Shown: positions 1 to 8,629 of the stretch, piece by piece
How the letters are laid out: every line of letters begins with the position of its first letter
How positions within the stretch are numbered: the first letter of the stretch is position 1
Notes under the pieces: model-generated
What the model was told of the DNA's origin: nothing
Database searches by the model: none
Seen by the model: only the letters and a program-made list of their open reading frames with translations
Source of the DNA: Candidatus Babelota bacterium
GTDB taxonomy: Bacteria; Babelota; Babeliae; Babelales; Vermiphilaceae
Reading direction: 5' to 3'
DNA length: 32,000 nt
NCBI GenBank assembly: GCA_039809905.1
Contig: JBDHVY010000001.1
Coordinates: forward strand, 630,001 to 662,000
Made by a program: the position numbers and the translations under genes

Positions 1-100
1 TTTCCTTAGTGGATTTAATTTGATTAATACTGAATTTAATAGAAAATATATCATTTTTTAATAATATTGCACATGTATACAAAAAGGGTTTTGATGCATT

Positions 101-850
101 ATGAAAATAAAAAAATATAAAATAGTATTGTTGCTAATGTCTTATGTTATATGCCATACGCAAAAATTATGCTGTATGACTCTTTCAGATCGTTTACATG
201 GCAAGCGAAATGTTATAGCTGTTCAAGAATCTTTTCTGTGTTCTGGTAAGCATGGAGCATTTGCGGTTATTCCATTAGACCTACAGGGAAAAATTGTTAA
301 AAATATATTAACTCTTTTGGTTTATCAAGGTAATAATTTTGAAAGATATATTGATAGAGAAGAACTGGATAAATGTATTTTAACACAAAATCCAATTGTG
401 TTGGGCCATAAGAATATTCAGGACTTTTGTTCTGTGGTAAATCAATGTACCAATCAAAAAATCCACAAATGCTCATTGCATGATATGTATCTTTTGCCAT
501 TTTCTCAAAGAAATATAATTACCAATATTGGTTCGTTATCTTTTTGTTCTTTTCCTAAAGAATTATTTGAAGATGAATATGATGCAATAAAAAATATGCC
601 ATTGGAGAAAGGTCTTACCATAAATGTTGTTCCTCGATCTCGATTGGTATATTTATTGAATAAAATTGAGATAGTCAGTTGTATATGTGCTGGTGGAGGA
701 TTTGTTGGTGTTTGTTACTTGAGATTAATGGATCCTCTTTCGATGCTTTTTCTCATTCCAGCAAAAATTTGTTTTGCGGGAACTGGATGTGCTTTTTTGG
801 CAGAGGGATTAAAAAACTGTTTTATAGATGTTAAAAAGGTTCATTTATAG
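101..850 (+). CDS. Hypothetical Cys-rich membrane-anchored protein (paralogue of the next ORF)
   Basis: Intact 249-aa ORF. Hydrophobic N-terminus, many Cys, and paired C-terminal hydrophobic segments (CICAGGGFVGVCYL / LFLIPAKICFAGTGCAFLA). Shares collinear short motifs with ORF 920-1654 (LL.YQ, LLPF, S.C.FPKE, E.D..K, C.C..GG.V..C.LR.M). No domain recognised. Confidence 0.5.
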   Translation: MKIKKYKIVLLLMSYVICHTQKLCCMTLSDRLHGKRNVIAVQESFLCSGKHGAFAVIPLDLQGKIVKNILTLLVYQGNNFERYIDREELDKCILTQNPIVLGHKNIQDFCSVVNQCTNQKIHKCSLHDMYLLPFSQRNIITNIGSLSFCSFPKELFEDEYDAIKNMPLEKGLTINVVPRSRLVYLLNKIEIVSCICAGGGFVGVCYLRLMDPLSMLFLIPAKICFAGTGCAFLAEGLKNCFIDVKKVHL

Positions 851-919
851 AATGAGTTTTCCAGAAGAAGTTTTATTAGGTGCTAGAAATAAAAAATGTA
901 TTTTTAAAAGAAGTAAAAT

Positions 920-1654
920 ATGAAATATAAAATGAGTACACAGCTATTTTGTTTATTGAGCACTATTATTTTTTTTAGCTTGCATGCAGCTGATAATCAA
1001 ATATTGCCACTGCTTGCTTATCAAAACAGTAATTCGTATCAATCGTTATTACCTTTTAAAAAAAATACAAAAACTAAGATAGTTACTGCAGAATCTCAAT
1101 CTTTGTGTTTTCCTAAAGAAATACAGCAAAAAATCATGAAATTAAAGCTATTGTTGTGTTGGAAGGATGAGATTAATTTTTTAGAAAGCATTTCTCCTGT
1201 AAAAATAGGAGATGCGGAATTATGGGCAATTGACTTATGGAGACTTTCGTGCCAAGAGAGAGAGTGTGCATTAAGTTATCGTGACAAGATCACTTTTAAT
1301 CTGGAAGAATGTGATATGTTAAAAAAGATTATTCCTAAAGAAATGCAAACTGGTCTGGTGATACACAGATTTGCCAATAATGATGAATTATATCTGGACT
1401 GTTGCGATATTCCTGGTGGATGCGTGCTATTGCGTTGTATGGTTCCTCCAGCATTCGGAGCAGTGGTAATTGGATTGGGAGGTTTGATAGCTTGGGGAGT
1501 GGCTTCTCATCCAGGAACAGCTTTGAACCAAACACTTACAATTTTAGGAGGTATTGGCTTAGGAATAACAGTTGCTGGTTGGGGAGTAGAATATTGGAGA
1601 TATCGTTGGATGTTGGAACACAATACAGTAGCGACATCATTACAAGATGTTTGA
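920..1654 (+). CDS. Hypothetical exported/membrane protein with C-terminal Gly-rich bilobed hydrophobic domain
   Basis: 244-aa ORF. Signal-like N-terminus (LFCLLSTIIFFSLHA). C-terminal AFGAVVIGLGGLIAWGV ... LTILGGIGLGITVAGWGV gives two hydrophobic helices separated by a short loop. Motif collinearity with ORF 101-850. Confidence 0.55.
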   Translation: MKYKMSTQLFCLLSTIIFFSLHAADNQILPLLAYQNSNSYQSLLPFKKNTKTKIVTAESQSLCFPKEIQQKIMKLKLLLCWKDEINFLESISPVKIGDAELWAIDLWRLSCQERECALSYRDKITFNLEECDMLKKIIPKEMQTGLVIHRFANNDELYLDCCDIPGGCVLLRCMVPPAFGAVVIGLGGLIAWGVASHPGTALNQTLTILGGIGLGITVAGWGVEYWRYRWMLEHNTVATSLQDV

Positions 1655-1658
1655 TATA

Positions 1659-2933
1659 TTAATGTAACCAACCGTCTTTTCTTTTTTTTCTGTGAAAACT
1701 AATAGCAAAATGATGTGCATAATCGCGTAAAGCTATAAATAATTTTCCTACGGGCGTTTTTACATCAAGGCGAATTCCTTGACTGAATTGTGGTCCGTAT
1801 AAAGTTTCTTCTCGTTTTGCCAAACTCACCAATGGTGCATTGGGTAAAACATGTTGTGCTGCACTCAACTGTCCCTTGCCTCCATCGATAACAATTAAAT
1901 CGGGAATATCGGCTTTATTTTTGTAGCGACGCGCTATAATTTCTTGCAGTGCAGCGTAATCATTTTGCTCTGTTAATGTTTTAATTTTAAAGTGGCGGAA
2001 CATATGTTTTTCTGGTTTGCCATCAGTAAAACGCACGCAAGAACCTACTAAATAACTGCTTTGAAAATGTGAAATGTCAAAACAGTCAACGGTGCGTACA
2101 GGAGTTTTAAATCCTAAAAAATTTTGTAATTCAGTATTAATAGAATCATCTGATGTTGATGCATAAGGTGTTGGGGTGCTTACAACAAAAATATCGGTAG
2201 CAAATTTTTCTGTGCTAAAATGAGTATTAAGTACGGCAAAAATAGCATCAACATTTTGTAAATAATCATTTAATCGTTGTGCTTTTTCAAACTCAAATGC
2301 TGAAATATATTTTTGCATTTGTTCTTTTATTTGTTCAATAAAACCTTTTTGATTATTTTTTAATGCTTGCTGTGCAAGTGAGATTCGAAACGTGTAATCA
2401 GCTGTATCAAAATGTGGTTTGCAATTACCTGCGCAATTGCCGATATGGTAATCAAGGCAGCCATTTTCAAGCTTTTTGTTACATAAATTAAGGTGGAAAG
2501 TTCGCTTTAAAAAATGGTAGGTTTTGCGAGTAGGAGCTTTTTCTATGAAAGGGCCAAAATAAATACCTTTTTTCTTTTTGTTTCGCACAAGTTCAATAGC
2601 AGGGATTTCCTGAGAAGTAAAAAGGATATACAAAAATGGTTGACCATCTTTAAGAAGTACATTAAATCGTGGCTTATATTTTTGTACTAATTCAGCCTCT
2701 AAAAGCAGACTTTCAGTTTCAGTGGGGGTTAAAATATAGTCTATATCGGCATATTCATTAATGAGCTGGTTTATTTTCCAATCTGTATGGCATTTTTGGA
2801 AATAGGAACTTACTCTGTGATGAAGGTTTTTTGCCTTACCGATATATATAATAGCTCCCTGAGCATCTTTAAAAAGATAGACGCCAGTTAGCTTCGGGAT
2901 TGATTTTTCTAGTTTTTTAGTGGTTAGCTTCAT
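1659..2933 (-). CDS. uvrC: Excinuclease ABC subunit C, short form lacking the C-terminal (HhH)2 domain
   Basis: N-terminal GIY-YIG (GVYLFKDAQGAIIYIGKAKNLHHRVSSYF). Cys motif CNKKLENGCLDYHIGNCAGNC. UVR-like helix (FEFEKAQRLNDYLQNV). C-terminal nuclease motifs DCFDISHFQ, VIDGGKGQL and RDYAHHFAISFHRKKR. Ends at 424 aa, 4 nt from the convergent gene. Confidence 0.85.
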   Translation of the reverse strand: MKLTTKKLEKSIPKLTGVYLFKDAQGAIIYIGKAKNLHHRVSSYFQKCHTDWKINQLINEYADIDYILTPTETESLLLEAELVQKYKPRFNVLLKDGQPFLYILFTSQEIPAIELVRNKKKKGIYFGPFIEKAPTRKTYHFLKRTFHLNLCNKKLENGCLDYHIGNCAGNCKPHFDTADYTFRISLAQQALKNNQKGFIEQIKEQMQKYISAFEFEKAQRLNDYLQNVDAIFAVLNTHFSTEKFATDIFVVSTPTPYASTSDDSINTELQNFLGFKTPVRTVDCFDISHFQSSYLVGSCVRFTDGKPEKHMFRHFKIKTLTEQNDYAALQEIIARRYKNKADIPDLIVIDGGKGQLSAAQHVLPNAPLVSLAKREETLYGPQFSQGIRLDVKTPVGKLFIALRDYAHHFAISFHRKKRKDGWLH

Positions 2934-2970
2934 ACTTTAAGTATAGCATTGAATTATAAAAATACTAATT

Positions 2971-3015
2971 GAAAAACATCCAAATGAGCTTTAATTTACA
3001 TCATAGAGCTCATTT
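2971..3015 (-). terminator. Possible intrinsic terminator after ORF 3045-3557
   Basis: Inverted repeat AAATGAGCT (2982-2990) / AGCTCATTT (3007-3015) with a 16-nt loop. On the minus strand it is followed by GGATGTTTTT. The large loop weakens the call. Confidence 0.35.
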
Positions 3016-3044
3016 TATATTTTATTGAAGACAAAGCTTATTGA

Positions 3045-3557
3045 TTAAAACCTAATAGAAGAGCCTCCATCTGCTCTAATAAACGTGCTACCGTCTGATA
3101 CAGTATAGCTTGGACGATTATTGCCAGTACTTGAAGATTCTTGTAGGTTCTTTATAGCGCTGGTAAGGCTTATTTGTTCGGATTTTAAATTATCCGATAG
3201 CCTTATCTCTTTTGCTACTACAAAACCTGTAATTACTATGCAGGTTAATGCATACATGACGATTGCACCATCAGGATTATAGTATGGTTGCTTATTTTCA
3301 GATGCAATGCTAAAAGTCATTCCGCCTATTGCGCCGCATATTGTTGATAGAGCAACCCCCGTTATAAATTTTCTTTCAGTCGAATAGAGATTTTCACCCC
3401 TTTCTGCCAAATATTTACCTTGTCTTTCAAACAATTCTAATTGTTTTGCGGTTATTTTGGGGTCGATATAATGCTGTTTTTTTTCTGTGTCAGGAGTTTC
3501 ACAAAAACTATTATTTGAGATAATACAAAGAAGAATAATTATAATTTTTTTTAACAT
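3045..3557 (-). CDS. Hypothetical exported protein with two central hydrophobic helices
   Basis: 170-aa ORF. Signal-like N-terminus (MLKKIIIILLCIISNNSFC). Helical stretch, then ITGVALSTICGAIGGMTFSIA and GAIVMYALTCIVITGFVVA. Ser/Gly-rich tail. Confidence 0.55.
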   Translation of the reverse strand: MLKKIIIILLCIISNNSFCETPDTEKKQHYIDPKITAKQLELFERQGKYLAERGENLYSTERKFITGVALSTICGAIGGMTFSIASENKQPYYNPDGAIVMYALTCIVITGFVVAKEIRLSDNLKSEQISLTSAIKNLQESSSTGNNRPSYTVSDGSTFIRADGGSSIRF

Positions 3558-3708
3558 GAAAATACTCCGTATAATTGATAAAAAAGCTTAATGTAGGGAA
3601 GTTTTAGTTAATTATACAGCAAAGTGTTGCTTACTCAATACGAAATAAAATTAATAGAATTAGTTTTTTTACGTTCAGCCTAAAACGAATTATACTAGAG
3701 TATTCATA

Positions 3709-4935
3709 ATGAAAGATCGGTTATTTTTTGATTATAAAGGTATTGATATGAATCTTTTCAGGCATATTCCCAAAATCGTTGTGTTGTTAATTCTATCGTG
3801 GATTGGTTGGCAAACTTACATTTATTTTTTAGATACAACAACTGCATTGATGATGGTGCAAGGGATTAATGAAAATTGTTTTTATTCAGGAGATGTGCAT
3901 TGTTGTTTGAAAGCAGATAAAACGGGAGATGTTTCTTTATGGCTTGATGGACAACCTTTGATTAATAACGTCAGAATTAAGGCCCATCATGAAGGTCATT
4001 CCTTTATTGTACCAACAAAAACATTAAGTAATGGAAAGCATGTATTAAAAGCAGAATTTACTGATAATACATTTAACCGTAATAAAGTTGAGCGATGCTG
4101 TGATTTTTATGTAGATAATATGCCTTTGCAAGCAGTTTTTATCAAAACAGGGACACCATATAAAGTTTTCCAGGGTAGAACATTACATCTTCAGTTTCAA
4201 ACCAACAAAGAAATAAAACATGCCTACATTAATACATTATCACGTACATTTGAATGTTACCCAGAAGCTAAAGGTTCAAAAATATATGAATGCTTTATTC
4301 CAATCGAATGCGAAGAACAGCCAAATGAATATCTTTTCTCTGTTGATATAGAAGATAAAGTCGGTAATGCACTGCATCTTGATAACAAATTCCAAATTGT
4401 TGTGTTTCCCTTTAAAAAAGAAGTGATTACCGTTGCTGCTGATAAAGTGCAAGAAGAAAAAGCATTAGGACGAGATGGTAAATCTTTGGAAGATGAAATT
4501 GCTCGCCTTTCGCTCGAATCACCGCGAGAAAAATTATGGCGAGGGACTTTCTGTGCACCTATAGAAATTCAACGTATTACCTGCGATTTTGGTACTATTC
4601 GTACAACGCAACACAAAGGGCGCTATGCGCATAAGGCGGTTGATGTAATTAATATGCCTCGCTCTGTTGTATGGGCACCACAAGATGGTATTGTTGTTAT
4701 GAAAGATAGATTTGCTCCGAGTGGTAATACGGTAATTATTGATCATGGCCTTGGTATTTTGTCACTCTTTTATCACTTAGATGATTTTGCGGATATTGAA
4801 GTAGGGCAAAGGATTGCACAAGGAAATCCTGTAGGTACTCTCGGAAAAACTGGTTTTGCTACTGGATATCATTTGCATTGGGAACAGCGTATTAATAATA
4901 CTCCTGTTGATCCCTTGCAGTGGATTAAGATGTGA
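3709..4935 (+). CDS. M23/LytM-family metallopeptidase with N-terminal membrane anchor
   Basis: C-terminal LytM motifs HKAVD (HxxxD), GNTVIIDHG and GYHLHWE (HxH). N-terminal TM IVVLLILSWIGWQTYIYFL. Confidence 0.85.
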   Translation: MKDRLFFDYKGIDMNLFRHIPKIVVLLILSWIGWQTYIYFLDTTTALMMVQGINENCFYSGDVHCCLKADKTGDVSLWLDGQPLINNVRIKAHHEGHSFIVPTKTLSNGKHVLKAEFTDNTFNRNKVERCCDFYVDNMPLQAVFIKTGTPYKVFQGRTLHLQFQTNKEIKHAYINTLSRTFECYPEAKGSKIYECFIPIECEEQPNEYLFSVDIEDKVGNALHLDNKFQIVVFPFKKEVITVAADKVQEEKALGRDGKSLEDEIARLSLESPREKLWRGTFCAPIEIQRITCDFGTIRTTQHKGRYAHKAVDVINMPRSVVWAPQDGIVVMKDRFAPSGNTVIIDHGLGILSLFYHLDDFADIEVGQRIAQGNPVGTLGKTGFATGYHLHWEQRINNTPVDPLQWIKM

Positions 4936-4985
4936 GATAAATTTTTATTGAAGAGTTGCGCGAATGGGTAAAAAGAAGGAAGAGA

Positions 4986-5573
4986 ATGTATTTTATACCA
5001 CGTAACAATGCAATCTACAGTTACATTGCGCATACAAATGCTAAGCGTCGCTATTGTGCGACGCTTTTTGTTTTATTAGCATTAATAATAATTTCTTTTT
5101 ATGGAATATACATACCATTAAATTCTCATATTCTTTTGTATAAGGCAGAAATTGCTCGTTTGCAAACACAATATCAAGAAATGAGTCAACTTAAAAAACA
5201 GAGTGATGAAGTATCATCGCTAATTGCAACAAGTAAGAAAAATATTAATGATGCTGCAATAGAAACGGATAAGAAAGAAGATTATTGTAACAAACACATG
5301 CTGTATATATTAGATGCTATACAACAAAAAGGTCTTATACTTGATACGTATGGATCATGTAAAGAAATGGATAAACAATGGTTTTCAAGATATAGTGCGC
5401 ATTTTGAAATAACGGGATCATATGAAAAAATAATTTCTTTTTTTAAGACGATTCAAGATTCAAAAAAAATGATTGATTTTTCATCTACAGCAATTTCTCG
5501 TTTGAATGATGATGCTTTTAAACTGAGCTGTGATGTAGGGATTGTTGCAGTGAAAAAAAGTTTGCTTCTTTAA
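4986..5573 (+). CDS. PilO-like bitopic membrane protein (TM + coiled coil + ferredoxin-like C-terminus)
   Basis: The track ORF starts at TTG 4956, and the first ATG is at 4986. TM (LFVLLALIIISFYGIYI), then a coiled coil (AEIARLQTQYQEMSQLKKQ). The C-terminal pattern HFEITGSYEKIISFFKTIQDSKKMIDF resembles the PilO G.Y..l..F...l core. This assignment is from memory of the family pattern only. Confidence 0.4.
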   Translation: MYFIPRNNAIYSYIAHTNAKRRYCATLFVLLALIIISFYGIYIPLNSHILLYKAEIARLQTQYQEMSQLKKQSDEVSSLIATSKKNINDAAIETDKKEDYCNKHMLYILDAIQQKGLILDTYGSCKEMDKQWFSRYSAHFEITGSYEKIISFFKTIQDSKKMIDFSSTAISRLNDDAFKLSCDVGIVAVKKSLLL

Positions 5574-5803
5574 ATCGTAATGAGTGTAAATTGGGCTTAT
5601 AAAAAATAAGCCCTTCAACTTTGAATAAGCTGAAGGGTTAGGGGGGTGAACAATACATAAAAGCATTGTTCAGTTAGGGACGTTTTTAATGCTTTTATTA
5701 AATGTTCGCCTAATGCTAACAAGCGCCTATTGCTTTGTCAAGGTCAGCATAATAGGATGTATGCTGAGTAAGAAAATAGAATTATTTTTATAAAAGAAAA
5801 AAG

Positions 5804-6145
5804 ATGAATATCATTCATGATAAAATCACTTTTGATGAACTGAAAAAAATGTCGGAAAAAAATAATTATAATTTGGTTAAAGCTGTAGTTGATACTGAAA
5901 ATAATATTATGGCAATAAATTGTAATATGCATAGTGAAGGGCAAGAATTGCTGATCCAAAATGGATCGCTGCGAGAAAATCTTTGGGGAGTTAATTTGTA
6001 TCCATATAAACCAACTGAAGATTTCATTGAATATTATTCTAAAATCAATGTAAAGCCATTACATGGCAATCAAAGCTGCTGGGTTGAGGATAAGCAAGTT
6101 CAGGACAAAATAAAAAGAATAGTTATTGCATTAGTAGTAAAATAA
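5804..6145 (+). CDS. Small conserved-looking cytosolic hypothetical protein
   Basis: 113-aa ORF with no signal peptide. The pattern LVKAVVD...AINCNMHSEGQELLIQNGS..ENLWGVNLYP resembles a small DUF family (I recall DUF5674 but cannot verify it). Confidence 0.5.
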   Translation: MNIIHDKITFDELKKMSEKNNYNLVKAVVDTENNIMAINCNMHSEGQELLIQNGSLRENLWGVNLYPYKPTEDFIEYYSKINVKPLHGNQSCWVEDKQVQDKIKRIVIALVVK

Positions 6146-6162
6146 ATACATTTTTTAGTTAT

Positions 6163-6879
6163 TTATTCATGTCCCGCTATAAATTTTGTAATTTTAGGAT
6201 AATTATGAGAATTATTTTTTAAGTCTTGCGATTGTGCGGTTTCAACAATGCTGCCTTCTCTCATTAAATAAATCGTGCAGTTAAGTTTTGAAATCAAATC
6301 AGTGTCATGAGTTGCAACTAAAACAATATATCCATCAGTTGCAAGTTGTTGAATGTTATTTGCAACATATGAAGTAAGCACTGGATCTAATGCTGAAGTT
6401 GGCTCATCAAGGCAAATTATTTGTGGTTCCATGGCGATCGCACGTGCAATTGCAAGGCGCTGCTTTTGCCCACCGGAAAGTTGAGACGCGTATTTATTAT
6501 TTTTATCTAATAATCCATAACGATGTAATAAATGATGTGCTATTTTTGTTGCATCAACAGGATTTTTTTTAAGAACTTTTTCTAAAGGTAGCGTAATATT
6601 TTGCTCTACTGTCAGATGATCAAATAAATTAAAATGTTGAAACACCATGCCAACAGTATGTGTTGTATTAATATACGCGAGATTTAGTGTTGTATTATCT
6701 AATGATATAGTTCCGCTGTTGACTGTTTCTAAATTATTTAAAATACGTAGTAAGGTAGATTTGCCAACTCCAGAAGATCCTAAAAATACGGCAATTTCAC
6801 CTTTTTTTACGGTGAGATTGATATTGTTCAGAATTTTTTTTGAACCGAATGATTTAGTAAGTTGATTAATCTTGAGCAT
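6163..6879 (-). CDS. Polar amino-acid ABC transporter ATP-binding protein
   Basis: Walker A GSSGVGKST, signature LSGGQKQRLAIARA, Walker B ICLDEPTSALD, H-loop ATHD. Overlaps the upstream permease gene by 14 nt. Confidence 0.9.
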   Translation of the reverse strand: MLKINQLTKSFGSKKILNNINLTVKKGEIAVFLGSSGVGKSTLLRILNNLETVNSGTISLDNTTLNLAYINTTHTVGMVFQHFNLFDHLTVEQNITLPLEKVLKKNPVDATKIAHHLLHRYGLLDKNNKYASQLSGGQKQRLAIARAIAMEPQIICLDEPTSALDPVLTSYVANNIQQLATDGYIVLVATHDTDLISKLNCTIYLMREGSIVETAQSQDLKNNSHNYPKITKFIAGHE

Positions 6880-7540
6880 GAATGTGCATCCTTTTCTCTA
6901 GACGTGCAACAAGGAACGAAACAGTAGATGTTAGCATAAGATATAAAAGTGCTACTGCAAAATAGACAGTAATAGCATCAAATGTTTTGCTTTTTACAAA
7001 ATTGGCTTGTTTGGTCAGTTCTGCAACACCAATGAGTGATGCAAGAGCAGAATCTTTAATGAGTGTTACAAACTCATTACCCAATGCTGGCAATGTTGTG
7101 CGCAATGCTTGTGGTAGCACAATATATGCAATAGTATCTTGTGTTGAAAAACCAAGTACTTTTGCGGCTTCAATTTGGCCGATTCCAACGGCAGCTATTC
7201 CTGTTCGCAGGACCTGACTAATATATGCAGCGCTATTTAGTCCTATGGCGATAATTGCTGTCCACAATGCAGGAATATGTATTCCTATCTGAGGAAGCAA
7301 AAAGTAAGCGCATAAAATTTGTATAAGCATTGGCGTGCCGCGAATAATAATTACATATGTGCTTACGATTGCGCGTAATATTTTATGATGACTTGTTTGC
7401 ATGAGAGCAAAAATAGTTCCTAAAATTAAACCAATGCATGATGCAGCACCAGCAATTTGTAATGTAACAACCAATCCTTGTAATAGTAATGGAAAGTATT
7501 GTGCTATCAGATCAAAATCTATCATCATAACAAGTTCCAT
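6866..7540 (-). CDS. Polar amino-acid ABC transporter permease (HisM/GlnP family)
   Basis: Multi-TM protein with the EAA-type loop (GIGQIEAAKVLGFSTQDTIAYIVLPQALRTTLPALGNEF). Confidence 0.9.
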   Translation of the reverse strand: MELVMMIDFDLIAQYFPLLLQGLVVTLQIAGAASCIGLILGTIFALMQTSHHKILRAIVSTYVIIIRGTPMLIQILCAYFLLPQIGIHIPALWTAIIAIGLNSAAYISQVLRTGIAAVGIGQIEAAKVLGFSTQDTIAYIVLPQALRTTLPALGNEFVTLIKDSALASLIGVAELTKQANFVKSKTFDAITVYFAVALLYLMLTSTVSFLVARLEKRMHIHAQD

Positions 7541-8298
7541 TTAGTTTTTAATGCGTCAAGGGTACCATCTTGTTCCATTTCATTGAGAGTAATTTGAATA
7601 TCTCTGCGCAAATCAGGGTAATGTTTTGATATTGCAAAAGCGCTTGATTCTTCAGTATTGGCAATAGGTGTTACATAAAAATCATTAATATTATATTTTT
7701 TAAAATAAGGCATCATAGAATGCGAAGCTGCTACAAATGCATCAGCTCTATTGCTTTGCAAAGCAAGTATTCCATCGCTGACTAAAGCGGAAGAAAGTCG
7801 TAACAATGTGATGCCAGGTTGTTCAGACATAAATGAATCTGCAATATAACCTTCATTTACTGCAACAGTTTTTCCTTCTAGGTCAGCAAGGGTGGTTAAC
7901 GCATCGCCATTTTTGAGGCTAATAATCACCAGAGGATTGCCAGTTAAATGAGGGCGAGTAAAGAGAGCTCGTTGAGCGCGTTCTTCTGTTGGGGTTATTC
8001 CTCCGGCAATAACCTGAATGTTACCAATTTGAATTTCAGGAATTAATGCGTCAAAAGGCATATCTTTAAGAATGATTGTTTTTTTTAGCCGTCTCAATAC
8101 TTCTTGTATAACATCAATATCAAAACCGGTAAAATCATCACCTTCTTTAAATGAGAATGGTGGAAATTCACTATTGGTGCCAACAACGACAGCGTTTGAT
8201 TCTGTTCTAGGAGTTACCCTGTTTTTAGCCTTGTACAAAATTATGGTTGAAATGGTGACAATGAGGATAACTATGATAGTTAATGACATTTTTTTCAT
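7525..8298 (-). CDS. Amino-acid ABC transporter substrate-binding protein (family 3 SBP)
   Basis: Signal/anchor N-terminus. Motifs FPPFSF...GFDIDV and the C-terminal DGTLDALKTKW are typical of family-3 solute-binding proteins. First gene of a three-gene overlapping operon. Confidence 0.85.
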   Translation of the reverse strand: MKKMSLTIIVILIVTISTIILYKAKNRVTPRTESNAVVVGTNSEFPPFSFKEGDDFTGFDIDVIQEVLRRLKKTIILKDMPFDALIPEIQIGNIQVIAGGITPTEERAQRALFTRPHLTGNPLVIISLKNGDALTTLADLEGKTVAVNEGYIADSFMSEQPGITLLRLSSALVSDGILALQSNRADAFVAASHSMMPYFKKYNINDFYVTPIANTEESSAFAISKHYPDLRRDIQITLNEMEQDGTLDALKTKWNLL

Positions 8299-8629
8299 GA
8301 AAATCTTTCATTCTAATGATCAGTACATACTTAAAATAGTAATTCTTTTTTTGAATGAGGTCAAAAAAGTATAGATCAATATTACGTCTTTTATGAGAAC
8401 TGCTTACATTTCAGCGATACGAGACGCCAATAAAAAGAATAAGAAGTTCTTTTTGGAGCCGAAGTCAGCAAAAAGTATTGTAGGTTATTGTAAAAGCCAT
8501 TTTTTAATTGACTAATTGATATAAAACTTGTTGTGTTATTAAGAAAAAAGCATTGTTTTTGATATTTCGGAAAATTACGATATAGTGTATTAATACAGAT
8601 ATAACAATGCAATTTAAGGATAATATGCG

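Noticed and set aside
101-1654. Possible F-box in the FPKE(I/L) motif of the two Cys-rich ORFs
   Set aside because: Only the first few residues resemble LPxEI. The downstream hydrophobic/Trp pattern of an F-box is absent, unlike in the ankyrin protein at 16062-17186.
5640-5800. Possible known structured RNA gene (tmRNA, SRP RNA or 6S) starting at the GGGGGG run
   Set aside because: No tRNA-like acceptor/T-arm ending in CCA, no SRP domain IV motif, and the region is too short for tmRNA. It is kept only as an unclassified hairpin cluster (see findings).
8391-8612. 73-aa minus-strand ORF in the 330-bp divergent intergenic region
   Set aside because: No ribosome-binding site is evident, the composition is junk-like (Phe/Asn/Tyr/Cys rich), and it sits where the divergent promoters of the ABC operon and ORF 8630 are expected.
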